A DNA stretch of 64,000 bases, from assembly GCA_963780185.1 (NCBI GenBank), contig CAWABA010000001.1, positions 96,001-160,000 of the forward strand, written 5' to 3'. The notes under the pieces are model-generated. The model was not told the DNA's origin and did no database searches. It saw only the letters and a program-made list of their open reading frames with translations. The translations under genes were made by a program, and so were the position numbers. How positions within the stretch are numbered: position 1 is the stretch's first letter; every line of letters starts with the position of its first letter. This stretch comes from Candidatus Bathyarchaeota archaeon (lineage in GTDB: Archaea > Thermoproteota > Bathyarchaeia > Bathyarchaeales > Bathycorpusculaceae). Shown one piece after another: positions 10,024 through 21,931 of the stretch.

Positions 10024-11047
10024 TTATTCTTTGGGCCAGTATTTTGGTTTCATGCAATCGCCTTCAAGCAGCGACGGAAACAAGTTTAGAGGCCATGAAT
10101 GCGGGGCAGGAACTGGGAAAACATCGGCTTTCTCCACCCCTGGGATCCTGATAATTTTCCCATAAACTTCAAAAAACCTCTCGAAATCCTCAAGAGGAAT
10201 TGCACAGTACAAATCGTAGGGACCCATCAGCCTTATGATGACTATTACGTTTGGGATCTGCAGCAGCTGGGTATAGATGTCTGGCATTTTGCTGCGGTTT
10301 GAAAGTTTTATGTACACGTTTGCCTAGCGCTTGGTAACCGAGCTTATGCAAGTTAACCGTTATGGTTGAAAGCGTCAGCAGCCCTCCTCGAAGCTTCTTG
10401 TATCGTTGGATCACCGTTTTGCTTGAAATCTGCAACTCGGCTGCAATGTTCTTAAACGGCGTTCGAGAGTTCTGTGAAAGAATCAAGGCAATTCTCTTAT
10501 CAACATCATCCAAGTCAATTGACGCATGCATATGGTTGTTTAAAGTGGGCGGCTCAACGGTTTTTCGCGTGTCCTTCTGACCAAGCGGCTTGATAATTAG
10601 GTTCGCGGGAAACTCGACGTTTACCGCCTCTGCCCAAATCAATGCATCAACATGTTTGATGTTGCCGTTTGACTCTAAATCTTCAATTATGTCGCGCAAC
10701 TTGTGAAGGTCGCGCAATGCAACTTTTCCGAAAAAACTGTAGTGCCCCATGGGACCTACTAGCTCGCCTATGTAAGGTTTACTTTCAATAAATTTTCTAA
10801 CTTCTTTCTCGTTTTCAACCGAAGTTATCATTCCCAAATCAGCGATATGCTGATACCCCAAGCTGTGAGGGTTAACAAGCATCTTTTCGCCGTTGATTAC
10901 ACCGTCTCGCCACAACCGTTTATACCGCATTCGGACGGCAGTCACAGTGATTTTGCATTCGCCAGCGATGTCTGTGAAACTAGTTCGCGACTCTAAAAGT
11001 AGGATTTTAATAATTCTCGCATCAACTGCATCTAACTTTGCCGCCAA
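10024..11047 (-). CDS. Tandem-duplicated Lrp/AsnC transcriptional regulator (frameshift near 10320)
   Basis: Two wHTH units (LDAVDARIIKILLLESRTSF; LDDVDKRIALILSQNSRTPF), each followed by a RAM-like domain. Confidence 0.85.
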
Positions 11048-11096
11048 ACTCCTTGAACCCTTTAACTCTTGAAATCAACAGCCAAATCATATGACT

Positions 11097-11148
11097 CTTT
11101 TATATAAAATTTCTCTTCACAATATTCAAAGAATAGTTCTATTGTGAA
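11097..11148. promoter_or_regulatory. TATA box plus perfect 9-bp inverted repeat upstream of the Lrp gene
   Basis: ttttatataaaa near 11097-11108; ttcacaata (11116-11124) N15 tattgtgaa (11140-11148). Confidence 0.5.
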
Positions 11149-11501
11149 ACTGAAGACGCTTGTTTCTACGGCGCCCTCCGCCCAGGTTTCAAATGTGGCT
11201 AAAACAGAAAACTCTTATACCCGTCCAACTTCGTACCTTTACAGCAAAACATAGAGCTTGCTTGGTTTTCAAACACCACCTCAATTTGGCGTTACGCTGG
11301 CGCATTTAACGCAACTGTTCTGATTGAAAGACGATTACCCGCACCGTTAGAGAACTCTGATTTTGTAAAAAACCAAGTGAGCTTCACTAAGCGTCTTGGC
11401 TTTGTCAACCGATTTTTTAGTGTAAACACTGAGCATAAAAGATTTCAAAAAGATACTTTCTCGGGGGAAAAGAAGCGCTAATTTGAATGCTCAACAATAA
11501 A

Positions 11502-11549
11502 TTTATAAGCAAATTTCTCTGTAGTAATAATTACCGATTTTATAGGAGA
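11502..11549 (+). promoter_or_regulatory. TATA box and RBS of the large surface-protein gene
   Basis: tttataa at 11502-11508; aggaga shortly before the ATG at 11558. Confidence 0.55.
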
Positions 11550-11557
11550 AAGAAAAA

Positions 11558-14272
11558 ATGCAAATTGGAAAAAACAAAGAATTGTCAATTGCACTTTCGA
11601 TACTCTTCATATTCTCAATGACAGCTTCAATGATGCTTATACCCACAGCCAATGCACACACGCCACGTCTGCAAATTCCAACATACGCTTTCGTTAACGT
11701 AGCACCTAATCCAATTGGTATTGGTCAACAATGTTACGTTATCATGTGGCTGGACAAACTTTACGAAAACGCATACATTGCCACTCCCTACAGATTCCAT
11801 AACTATCAGCTAGTCATCACAGATCCCAACGGCAAGAACACCACAGCGAATTTCCCAATCATCTACGACACAACCTCCGCGCAAGACTATGCATTCACTC
11901 CAGATACAGTTGGCACCTACACGGTCACATTCATCTTCCCAGGGCAGACAATAACGGCTGACAACGCAGCTTCAGGTGATGCATTCATCAACGACACCTA
12001 CCTACAAAGCAGTGCCTCAACAACTCTCACCGTTCAGTCTTCACCCATTGCAGCAGCCATAGGAAGCGGACCACTACCAACGGCTTACTGGACTCGACCA
12101 ATATACGGTGAAAACACCTATTGGTACACCCTCTCATCAAATTGGCTGGGAACAACATGGCCAGGCTACGCAGCTTGGGGTACTTTTACTGCAAATTCGC
12201 AGTCATACCCGGGCGACGCAGTCGGATCACTGACAAGCCACATCATGTGGACTAAGCCCATACAATCTGGTGGAGTCGTCGGAGGAAACACTTATCCAGC
12301 ACTACCAGGCAACACGTGGTTCGAAGGATCAGCTTACAGTCAAAGATACGAGAACCCAATAATTGTCGATGGAATGCTATTCTACAATACACCACTCGGC
12401 TGGTCAGGTGTCGCAGGCTCATTCAACGCAGGCGAGGCATATGGACCAGAAACAGCCGTTGACCTACAAACAGGAAAAGTACTCTGGACTAACCCGAACA
12501 TGGGAGCAATATCCTTCGCGTACGTCTACGATGCTGAAGACCCCAACCAACACGGCGTATGGCCACCAGTGCTGGTCAGATCCACCGTCAGCAGCGGACT
12601 CTTCGGAGCAGCCCCAGGCAACTGGTACGGCTACGATGCCTTCACAGGGGAATCGATTTTCAACGTAACCAATGTCCCCGCAGGAACAGTCATGCTTGGC
12701 CCATCAGGTGAATATCTGTCACTATCCTTCGTAAACTACGGCCCAACCACTATGACTCCGTATGGTCCAGTTCCTTCAGGCCCAGTTAAAGTGTACCTAC
12801 AAGAATGGAACTCATCAAGACTTTGGGACAACACATACTCAGGTCCGTCAACAGTACCAAACCTGCAGCCGCCAATAGCCGACGGATCCAATCCAAGCCT
12901 GTTAGACTTCAACATTTCGTTGCCAACCCTTACCAGCGTACCTACGATAAATGATGCTTTCTACAACAAGGAACTGATCGTAAACACCGGCTCGTTCCCA
13001 GGACCAGGCGATTTCGCTGGATCTCCACCTTGGTCAGAGTCACCATACACCTACTATGGCATCAACATGGCAGCAGGCAGCATCGGCAGTATTCTCTGGA
13101 GTAACACAATTCAAGCACCAGCAGGCAACATCTCAGTATCAGCAGGTCCCGCAGATATAACAGCTGACAACGGTCACGGAGTCTTCACAGAAGCCTACAA
13201 AGAAACCATGCAGTGGGTAGGCTACAGCATGGCGGATGGCCACAAATTGTGGGGTCCAACCGCGCCTATGGCGTCTCTTGACTACTACGGCAACCCAGCA
13301 GTTCCAATCATCGGCGGAGTTGCTGCAAACGGAAAACTCTACAGCACAGGATACGCAGGAATACTCTACTGTTGGGACTTGACTACTGGAAACCTACTGT
13401 GGACTTGGGGTAATGGCGAAATCGGCTCAAGCAACAGCTCATTCGCTGGCTTCAACTCGCCGTTCGGTGTCTATCCGATGCAGATCAATGCCATCGGCGA
13501 CGGCGTAGTATACATGGTCACTACAGAGCACACAATTGAAACACCGCTCTTCAAAGGTGGATTTGAATCCGCTATTAACGCGACAACTGGTCAACTCATC
13601 TGGACGCTTTCAGGATACACTGGTGAATTCTTCACAATTTCATATGCTATGGCAGACGGCTATAACACTTGGTTCAACGGCTACGACAACTCAGTCTATG
13701 TTGTAGGCAGAGGACCCAGCCAAACAACCGTCAACGCACCAAACACTGCAACGGAAGTCGGAGTACCAGTAGTAATACGCGGCTCAGTCACGGACACTGC
13801 AGCAGGCACACAGGGAACACAGCAGAAAGGCGACTTTCCAAACGGTGTCCCATGCTCATCTGACGCAAGCATGACAGATTGGATGGGCTACGTCTACCAG
13901 CAACAGGCTATGCCAACCAACTTCACAGGCGTTAAAGTGCAAATCGCTGTCTTAGACTCTAACGGAAACCACTACACAGTCGGAACAGCAACAACTGATG
14001 CAAGCGGCATGTACACCCTCACCTACACACCAACAATCTCAGGCAACTACACAGTATTCGCCACCTTCGCAGGCACCAACGGTTACTGGCCATCATCAGC
14101 TGAATCAAGCTTCTACGCTACTGGATCTCATGCAACCATAGCGCCAACCGCATCACCGCTCACTGGGATAGCAAGTACATCCACAGTCGAATACGTTGGT
14201 ATCGCAACCATAATTGTGATAATCATAATCGGCGCAGTACTCGCACTGTTAATGACAAGAAGACACCCATAA
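11558..14272 (+). CDS. Large secreted PQQ-like beta-propeller surface protein with C-terminal membrane anchor
   Basis: Signal peptide; VAPNPIGIGQ, YWTRPIYGEN, repeated DLxTGxxLW motifs; Ig-like C-terminus; TM + RRH. Confidence 0.8.
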   Translation: MQIGKNKELSIALSILFIFSMTASMMLIPTANAHTPRLQIPTYAFVNVAPNPIGIGQQCYVIMWLDKLYENAYIATPYRFHNYQLVITDPNGKNTTANFPIIYDTTSAQDYAFTPDTVGTYTVTFIFPGQTITADNAASGDAFINDTYLQSSASTTLTVQSSPIAAAIGSGPLPTAYWTRPIYGENTYWYTLSSNWLGTTWPGYAAWGTFTANSQSYPGDAVGSLTSHIMWTKPIQSGGVVGGNTYPALPGNTWFEGSAYSQRYENPIIVDGMLFYNTPLGWSGVAGSFNAGEAYGPETAVDLQTGKVLWTNPNMGAISFAYVYDAEDPNQHGVWPPVLVRSTVSSGLFGAAPGNWYGYDAFTGESIFNVTNVPAGTVMLGPSGEYLSLSFVNYGPTTMTPYGPVPSGPVKVYLQEWNSSRLWDNTYSGPSTVPNLQPPIADGSNPSLLDFNISLPTLTSVPTINDAFYNKELIVNTGSFPGPGDFAGSPPWSESPYTYYGINMAAGSIGSILWSNTIQAPAGNISVSAGPADITADNGHGVFTEAYKETMQWVGYSMADGHKLWGPTAPMASLDYYGNPAVPIIGGVAANGKLYSTGYAGILYCWDLTTGNLLWTWGNGEIGSSNSSFAGFNSPFGVYPMQINAIGDGVVYMVTTEHTIETPLFKGGFESAINATTGQLIWTLSGYTGEFFTISYAMADGYNTWFNGYDNSVYVVGRGPSQTTVNAPNTATEVGVPVVIRGSVTDTAAGTQGTQQKGDFPNGVPCSSDASMTDWMGYVYQQQAMPTNFTGVKVQIAVLDSNGNHYTVGTATTDASGMYTLTYTPTISGNYTVFATFAGTNGYWPSSAESSFYATGSHATIAPTASPLTGIASTSTVEYVGIATIIVIIIIGAVLALLMTRRHP

Positions 14273-14294
14273 AACAGCCATGGGAAAAAACAAT

Positions 14295-14320
14295 TTCCCT
14301 CTCTTCTTTTTTTTATTTTA
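14295..14320 (+). terminator. Oligo-T terminator
   Basis: ctcttcttttttttatttta after the stop at 14272. Confidence 0.55.
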
Positions 14321-14404
14321 GTTTAAAGCAGCATTTTTTCAAATTATTTAAATCTTGAAAAGCGTTTATTGGCAAGGCTAACCCGCTAAAGTAGGGACTA
14401 CACT

Positions 14405-15220
14405 TTGCTTCAAGACCCAACGCTTAAAGAAAAAATTCATCAGGCAAACATATCCGTTCACCATCTTGAAGCACAATACTATGAACTTCTTCACCCCGAA
14501 GTGTACTCTAAACAGGAACAAAAAAGAATAACAGCTAAACTGAAAATGATCGACAAGCTTGTGACAGATAACCGCAAGATGGCTCTGGACTTTGGAGCAG
14601 GCACAGGCAACCTGACAGGCAAGCTTTTGCACTTGGGCTACACGGTTACAGCTGTAGATATCTCGCAGGAAATGTGCGGGATCCTGCAGAAAAAATACTT
14701 TGCCTACATGCAAAGCAAAAAGTTAACCGTGGTTTGCTCGCCTATTGAGGAGTTGACTTTTGAAGAGGGGCAATTTGACTTAATCACATGTTACTCTGTG
14801 CTGCATCATTTGCCCGACTACGTCGGCGCCCTCCGTTGCCTCTCTGTTTTTCTTAAGGAAGGCGGAGTCATCTACCTTGACCATGAAGCATCCCCTTTCT
14901 ACTGGAAAAATGAGCCAACCATGCTTGCAAGCCTTGTGAAAGGAATCTATTTGCATTCAAACCCGCTGTTAAACAGCTTGTACTTTCAAATGACTGGTTT
15001 GAGGGTTCCTTCAATCGATTATGAGTTGTCGGATTATTGGCATAAAAAAGAGCATGCGCTAGACCACGGCAGCATCGGGCAAGTGTTCAAAGACGAAAAC
15101 TACGAGTTTTCAACACGCACAGACTACTATGAAACCAGCACTTGGATTCCCAGCCCACTATCCATCATTTACCGTCTGTTGTGCAGCCCCGAAATGAGCT
15201 GTTGGATAGCCAAAAAGTAG
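14405..15220 (+). CDS. Class I SAM-dependent methyltransferase
   Basis: ALDFGAGTG, AVDIS, FDLITCYSVLHHLPD, LKEGG. Confidence 0.85.
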   Translation: MLQDPTLKEKIHQANISVHHLEAQYYELLHPEVYSKQEQKRITAKLKMIDKLVTDNRKMALDFGAGTGNLTGKLLHLGYTVTAVDISQEMCGILQKKYFAYMQSKKLTVVCSPIEELTFEEGQFDLITCYSVLHHLPDYVGALRCLSVFLKEGGVIYLDHEASPFYWKNEPTMLASLVKGIYLHSNPLLNSLYFQMTGLRVPSIDYELSDYWHKKEHALDHGSIGQVFKDENYEFSTRTDYYETSTWIPSPLSIIYRLLCSPEMSCWIAKK

Positions 15221-16625
15221 CTAGGCGATTCCTTCGGTTTTGTGTGCGCCGGGGTTTAGTCTGCGTTTGGCAAAGTTTATGGCGCCTTCACGTCTGACCC
15301 GCTTGATTATCTGTTTGGGTGAGCGGTGGAAATCTATGAAGAATCTTCGCTGAACTGCAAGCAGCGAGTTGTAGTCCCACTCTTTGGTTTTCACCGCGAG
15401 CAAGAAGTCGTCGAGTTGCGTGTAGCTTTTTGAGTCTAAGAGTTCTTGGTAGAGTCGGCTGTCCGGGTTAGCTATGAAGACGTTGAAAATGCACCAGTCG
15501 GGGCTCAAGCTTCTTGGCAAACTTTGAGCGACATCTCCATGTCCTTGAGCGTTTCGTCGGGAACCCCAAGCATAAACGAGCAAGCCGTCTGTATCCCGAG
15601 TTTGCGGCAAAGCCTAAAAGCGGTTTCTATCTGCTCAAGCGTTGTGTTTCGCCCGATGCGCTGCAGAACCCGTTGCGAACCCGATTCCACGCCAAACCAA
15701 ATCGTCTTGCAACCTGCTTTCTTCATGGTCTCCAAAAGTTCTTGATTAACTAAATCGACGCGGGTGTCGCATACCCACTCTAAATCCAGCTTGTTCTCAA
15801 CCATCAAGTTGCATAGTTGGACGGTTTGGTTTTTTCTGAGGGTAAAGTTGTCGTTGATGAAGTAGATTCCTTTGGTGCCGTACCTGCTTTGCAAATCCTT
15901 AATTTCGCCGATGACCCGCTGCGGACTGAAACCTCGGCAGATGTTTCCCCAGAGCTTTTTGGTTTCGCAGAAGCCGCAGTTGTAGACGCATCCCCGCGAG
16001 ATGCTCATGATGTCTGCGGGTTTAACGCCTAAGTATTCAACTGTCCTGTCGTAGAGCTCCAACTGCAGAAGGTGTCTTGCTGGGTAGGGGATTTCATCCA
16101 TGTTTTCGATGAATTTAGGCGGGTTCTTGATGTTTACGCCCAGATGCTTGCAGGCGACGCCGGGTATCGTCAAGGCGGCGGGTTCGTCGCCGTTTGTTAT
16201 GCAGGTGGCAAGCTGGGTCATTGCCGCGTTCGCCTTCGCCCATGACGACGTAGTCGATTTCGGGGTTGTCCAGCAGGCTGTCGGGTACGTAGCTGGCGTG
16301 CCATCCGCCGACGACGATTTTGCAGTCTGGGCAGGGTTTGTTTGATGGCTTTTGCGGTTTCTATGCAGCGTGCGTAGGTTGCTGAGCCGCAGGTGATGCC
16401 GACGATTTGCGGGTTAAGCTTAGACACAAACTGCTTGACTTCGTCAATGGGCTTCTTTTGCAGGTAGTTGTCGAGCATCTGCACCTCAAAGCCCGCTTTC
16501 TCAAGAGCCGCAGCAACATACATCAAGCCTATCGGAGGCAGCCGTTTGCCATGGTACCACGCGCTGTTTTCGGGAGGAGCAGTAGTCATCAAAAGAATCA
16601 AATCAGCAACCCCCAACCCAAACAC
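15221..16625 (-). CDS. B12-binding radical SAM enzyme (paralog group B), several frameshifts; start uncertain
   Basis: LLMTTAPPE..RLPPIGLMYVAAAL; SRGCVYNCGFC; WFGVESG; pieces 16218..16625, 15505..16221 and 15221.. Confidence 0.8.
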
Positions 16626-16720
16626 CCAGCAAACCCAACGACACCTCTGTCCCCCATGAAACGTTTGCTAACCCAAAACAGAAGGCAACCTAATAGCTTT
16701 AACTGAAACCCACACCCCGC

Positions 16721-17000
16721 CCCTCCGCCGCCGAAAAATGCTGAAATGGCAGATTCAACCCATATTTGTGATGAGGTTTTGGTCACAAATACTAGACCCC
16801 CTCCCTCGGTCGTTTGTATCCATCTTTACGTTGGTATTTTGAGGTAAAAATGGGGTACCCTCCCCATGTTGGCGGCTTTTGCTTGGGGCTTGTTTCGGGT
16901 TGCTTTTTTGGTTTAGGTTGTAATTCTGTTGTGGGCTTGGATTGGAAAGGCGTGGGAAAGAGGCGTTTTTGTCTTGCAGTTTTGTAATATTTCAAAAGTT
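16721..17000. repeat. Dispersed hairpin/GT-skewed element, copy B (two tandem hairpin-ACCC(C)CTCCC modules)
   Basis: tatttgtga/tcacaaata inverted repeat at 16763-16791; 16844..17000 homologous to 2032..2188. Confidence 0.7.
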
Positions 17001-17059
17001 CATGGGCTCGGCGTTTTGCAATAAAGCACCCGGAAAGTCTACTCCCGTTGACGCCATTG

Positions 17060-17898
17060 CCGGTTGTCTTTAGACTCAGAAACTGTCACAACCCAATTTT
17101 ACCTAACCTTTCTTCGGTGACTTATCCACGGCTTCGCGGACTGGCGGTTTTTTCGATGCCTAACTATCACAGCAACAGAGAAGATAGAAAGAAGCATAGG
17201 CACAATCACCAAACAAGAAAGCTCTGGAACGGCAGCGGTTGAAGTTGAAGTTGAGGATGAACTTGGTGTCAGATTGAGGTTGGTAAAGTGGTTGAAACTG
17301 AATCATCAGCCAAGTTTATAGTTTGTGTTGGACTCCAATCACTTGAATATCCGTGATGTTATAATAATATGGAAAGATGTGATCGTATCTGTAGGTGGTT
17401 AGATAGCCTATTGATGCTTGCACTTGAAAGTCCATTTGACCTTCATATAGGAATATTTTGATTGAATTCCATAACAGTGATATTAGTGAATTGTACGTTT
17501 TCTCATGATATGGATTTATCCCTGGGTCACTTCCATTGGGGACCAAAAGTTATACAGATGTCCAATTTGGAGTGAAATGTCCTTTGAATGACGCTATAGA
17601 ACAAGTTTATTGTTTCATAGATTGTTTTGTCATAATATTGGTTGAATGGTTGATTTACAACTGTGATTTCTATGTTTTCTTAGCTTCATACTGACTGCCA
17701 CTGTTGTAGTTGTTTTTCCTGTGTAAGGGTCAATGAGGTTGTTGGGGAATAGTTAGTGAGGATCGAGAAGTCTGACTGAAAACTGCGGAAGGAAGTATTG
17801 GTTGAGCATTTGCAGGTTTAACCATTAATAAGACCTACACATGAGATAGCCATTGTTAGAATCAGGACTAAAGCCAAACCCTTACTTAGACAGCCCAT
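17060..17898 (-). pseudogene. Indel-riddled secreted surface-protein gene, paralog of 27350..28219
   Basis: MGCLSKGLALVLIL...VKPANAQ, DPYTGKT, DFQVQASIGY and S/T linker fragments in shifting frames. Confidence 0.6.
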
Positions 17899-18115
17899 AA
17901 TAACTCATGCGCTCAAGTTTGAGATAAAAGCCTATTCGTAAAGATTCCTTGACTAAGCCAAGTCAAAGTTTCTTGACTGAACTCCTCTTTCAATTATTTC
18001 CATTAGGCTCCGAAAATCCAGCCGTAAGCTTTGAACGAGCAGGCTCTGCAAGATTCGCTTTTATGAAAAGGTTTATAGCCCTTTTAAGAGCCTTTCCAAC
18101 CGAAGAGGGGTTCAC

Positions 18116-18853
18116 GTGAAAGTTGTTGTTCACTGGAGCGGAGGAAAAGAATGCTGCTTAGCCTACCACAAAGTCATCGCGCAGGGGCATCAAGTTGCTT
18201 GCCTTCTCAGCTTCGAATACCAGCGTCCCTACGTCTTCCACAGTTTCCAGCTGATGCAGCTTCAATCCCAAACGTTGGCGACACCGCTTAAGGTTGTGCG
18301 GATAAAGAAGCCTTACGAGGACATTCTTGGCGCCCTTGGCAAGCTGAAGGATGAGGCGGGCATCGAAGGCATCGTTACAGGCGACATAGCTGGTGCAGGA
18401 TGCGCCATCGTGCACAGCAGCTACTATGAGAGTATGGCTAAACAGTTGGGGTTAGCTTTCTTGATGCCTAACGAAGGCGACACATACGAAGTGCTAAAAG
18501 ACACCGTGGACAGAGGTCTAAGACCCGTCTTGAACTGCGTCAACACCAACTTTTTCGGCGAAGAGTGGCTGGGACGCAAACTTGACCCCGAATCCGTCAA
18601 GGAACTCAAAGCGTTAGCCGACGAAAAAGGCATCGACGTAGCCAGCGAAGACGGGCAAGGCTACCACAGCACCGTGGTTGAAGCGCCGCTATTCAAGGAA
18701 TCCTTAGTCATCGACAAGTTCAAAACCAAGAAAAAGAAGGAAAAATCGAAGAATTGGAAACGAAACTGGCTTTACATGGACATCAAAGAATGCCATCTGA
18801 CACCCGAAAGAAACACCCAACATAAGATTCCCTATCCGTTTTTGAGCGCCTAA
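18116..18853 (+). CDS. DUF71/Dph6-like ATP pyrophosphatase, degenerate motifs
   Basis: VVVHWSGGKECC, GIVTGDI, EEWLGR, SEDGQGYHSTVVEAPLF. Confidence 0.8.
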   Translation: MKVVVHWSGGKECCLAYHKVIAQGHQVACLLSFEYQRPYVFHSFQLMQLQSQTLATPLKVVRIKKPYEDILGALGKLKDEAGIEGIVTGDIAGAGCAIVHSSYYESMAKQLGLAFLMPNEGDTYEVLKDTVDRGLRPVLNCVNTNFFGEEWLGRKLDPESVKELKALADEKGIDVASEDGQGYHSTVVEAPLFKESLVIDKFKTKKKKEKSKNWKRNWLYMDIKECHLTPERNTQHKIPYPFLSA

Positions 18854-18957
18854 CTGTCCTGCCGAGTTTGTTAAATCGGCGTCTGACAGAAAATTGTGTG
18901 TTTTTGCATAAAGTAAATGAACCCCAAGGCATAAACTCTATTGCTTCAGGGAAGAAC

Positions 18958-20402
18958 ATGAAAACTCGCATTACTCTTGTCAATCCGCCGTACCCTGCAG
19001 GTTCAGCCATCAGCATCCGCCTTTCATGCCGCTGGGCATCGGGTACTTGGGCGCTGTTTTGTACAAGAACCATTTTAACGTTAACGTGATTGATTGCCAA
19101 GCGCAAAAAATCACTCATAGCCGATTCGAGAGGAAATCGCAAAGTTCAGCCTGACATAGTCGGAGTCACATGCACCACGCTCACCTACAAGTCAGCGCTC
19201 AGAATCGTGAAGATAGCTAAGGAAGTTTGGCCAAATTGCATAATTGCAATCGGGGGACCCCACGTTACTTTCTGGGATGAAAAGGCGCTGCAAGAAGGAA
19301 CCCTCAATCGACGTCGTTGTCCGAAGGGAGGGCGAAGAACACGATTCTTGAGCTTGCACAAAGAGTCGAAAACGGCCAACCTTACTTCGACCTTGTCGGC
19401 ACCACTTGCAGAAACGGCGCGGCAACAGTGAAAAACCCTGACCGACCTCTTCTGGAAACCTAGACAGCTTGCCTTACCCAGCGCTTCACCTTTGGGAGCA
19501 CACCGCGAACCTGCGCAAGTACGGAACAATTCCATATCCCGTGATGACCAGTCGAGGATGCGTTTTCTGGTGCAACTTTTGCACGACTGTGCGAATGTTC
19601 GGCAGAAGATACCGCATGCGCAGCACAAAAAGCGTAGTCGACGAATTGGAGTATCTGCACAGAAACTATTATGCAAGCCAATTCACGTTTTACGACGACG
19701 CATTCACCGTAGATCAACCGCGAACCATGCAGATATGCGACGAAATCATCCGTAGAGGACTAAAAATCAAGTGGGATTGCGAAACCCGCGTTGACATGGT
19801 GTCCAAAGAACTCTTCGTCAAGATGCGTGAGGCAGGCTGCATAGCGGTTTGGTTCGGTGTTGAGTCAGGTTCAAAGAAGCTTCTAACAAGCATGGGCAAA
19901 GGGTTCTCGCTTGCCCAGACAAGACGGGCTTTCAAATGGGCGAAAGAGGCGGGGTTAATGACGGTTGCAGGCGTCATTTTGGGTTTTCCAGGCGAAACCA
20001 AAGAGACCGCTTGGGAAACAATCCGATTCGTGAAGGAGCTAAACCCCAACGACGTGGGCTTCTACATAGCGACGCCTTACCCGGGAACACCGCATGTACG
20101 AGGAAGTGAAAGCCAACGGCACGCTCAAAGTAACTGACTTCGACAAATACGACACCGCAACCCCAACCTTTGAAATCCCAAACATGACCATGCAGGAGCT
20201 ATCGCAGCTACGAGAACAAGCCTTCCAAAGCTTCTACCTTAGCCCAGCATACTTCGTCAGCGCACTTGGCATGTTTAGGCAAGGCAAAATGTGGGGTTTA
20301 GGCGCAACCCGACTGATTCTGGCTCATGCAAGACGGGCAATCAGAGCCAAGAGCAAACAGCATCATGAAGTAAAGAAGAACTTTGCAGGAGAACAACGCT
20401 AA
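18958..20402 (+). CDS. B12-binding radical SAM enzyme (group A), multiple frameshifts
   Basis: MKTRITLVNPPYP; GGPHVTFWDE; TSRGCVFWCNFC; WFGVESG; DFDKYDTATP. Confidence 0.8.
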
Positions 20403-21775
20403 ATTGATTCTGCTCATGACCACCGCGCCGCCGGAAAAGTCGCCTTGGGGCATGCCTGGGAAGACTTCCTCCGCTGGGTTTGGCTTATGTCGCGGCGGTT
20501 CTGGAGAAAGGCGGCTTTCAGGTTGAAATCTACGACAACTACCTGCTTGAGCGACCCATCGAAGAAGTCAAATCCGAAATAAAAAAGCGGTCGCCGGAAA
20601 TCGTCGGCATCACCTGCAATTCCCTGTCTTATGAGCGTTGCGTCGAATTGGCTAAAGCAGTCAAAGAGGCGGTTCCTTCCTGCCGCGTCGTCGTCGGCGG
20701 TCCCCACGCTTCGTACATGCCTCAGACCCTTCTGCAGCACCCGGAAATCGATTATGTGGTTGTCGGCGAGGGTGAACAAGCGATGGCTCAGCTTGCCTCC
20801 AGCATAGCGAAAGGCGAAAAAGCCTCTGCGGCGGCGCAGATTCCTGGGGTAGCATGCATGGTCGGCGGCGAAATTGTGAAGAGTGCGCCTCAATTCATCA
20901 GCGATTTGGATACGGTTCCTTTTCCCGCTCGTCACCTGCTGCCGATGCGGATGTACCACCGTGAACTAAGCTATTTGACGGTTAAACCTGTTGACACCAT
21001 GAGCGTACACCGCGGTTGCCCCTATCGGTGCGCTTACTGCGAAACCAGGGAGCTTTGGGGGTCAGCTTGCCGAGCGTTTTCGCCTCAGCGAGTCATAGAC
21101 GAAATCCAGCATATGACCCAGACCTACGGCACACGGGGCATCTACTTTGTCGGCGACAACTTTACCATCAACAAAAAACGCACCTCCGAGCTGTGCCGCC
21201 TCATAAAAAGCAGCAAGCTGGACTTGAAATGGACCTGCGAAACCAGAGCCGACCTCATCAACAAAGAGCTGCTGACTGAAATGAAGTCCGCCGGGTGCCA
21301 AACCATGTTTTTCGGCGTCGAATCGGGTTCACCCAAAATCCAGCAGAAGCTCAACAAGGGCATTGATTTGCAGGAGGTTGTGAAGGCGTTTGAGCTTTGC
21401 AGAGAAGTGGGTGTGCAGACTGTGACTTCTTTTATGCTTGGGATTCCAGGCGAAACCGTCGCCGACATGAATGAAACCTTCAACTTCGCCAAAAAGCTGA
21501 AGGCGGATTGGTGCCAATTCAACATTTACATCGCTTGCCCAGGCAGCGTGCTCTACGACGAAGTAGTAAGCAAAGGCCTCTACGACCAAATGTACGGCTA
21601 CCTCGCGCGAGTAAAAACCGACCAGTTCGACTACGACATGCTCACGAAGATTCAGAGGGATTTTCAGCGAAGCTTCCAGAAATCCGCCGCCCAAAACTTC
21701 ATGCGGGTGGTAAAGCGGGACGGCTTAGGCAGCGCAGTCAAAAAAGGCGCATCAATGGTTTTTCGCCGCTCATAA
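20383..21775 (+). CDS. B12-binding radical SAM enzyme (group B), frameshift near 20460
   Basis: LILLMTTAPPE N-terminus upstream of ORF 20480; GGPHAS, VGEGE, HRGCPYRCAYC, FFGVESG. Confidence 0.88.
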
Positions 21776-21931
21776 AAAGGGATTTATTCACCCGAAAAGG
21801 CGTTCAAACTTTAGCGTGGTTTCTTGTTTTAGCATTTGCACGCGAATGCGCCGACTTTGACGCGAAACTAGACAACTATATTAACGCGTGGAGTTAATCT
21901 AACTAAAATATTACAAATTTAGGGGAGAAAA

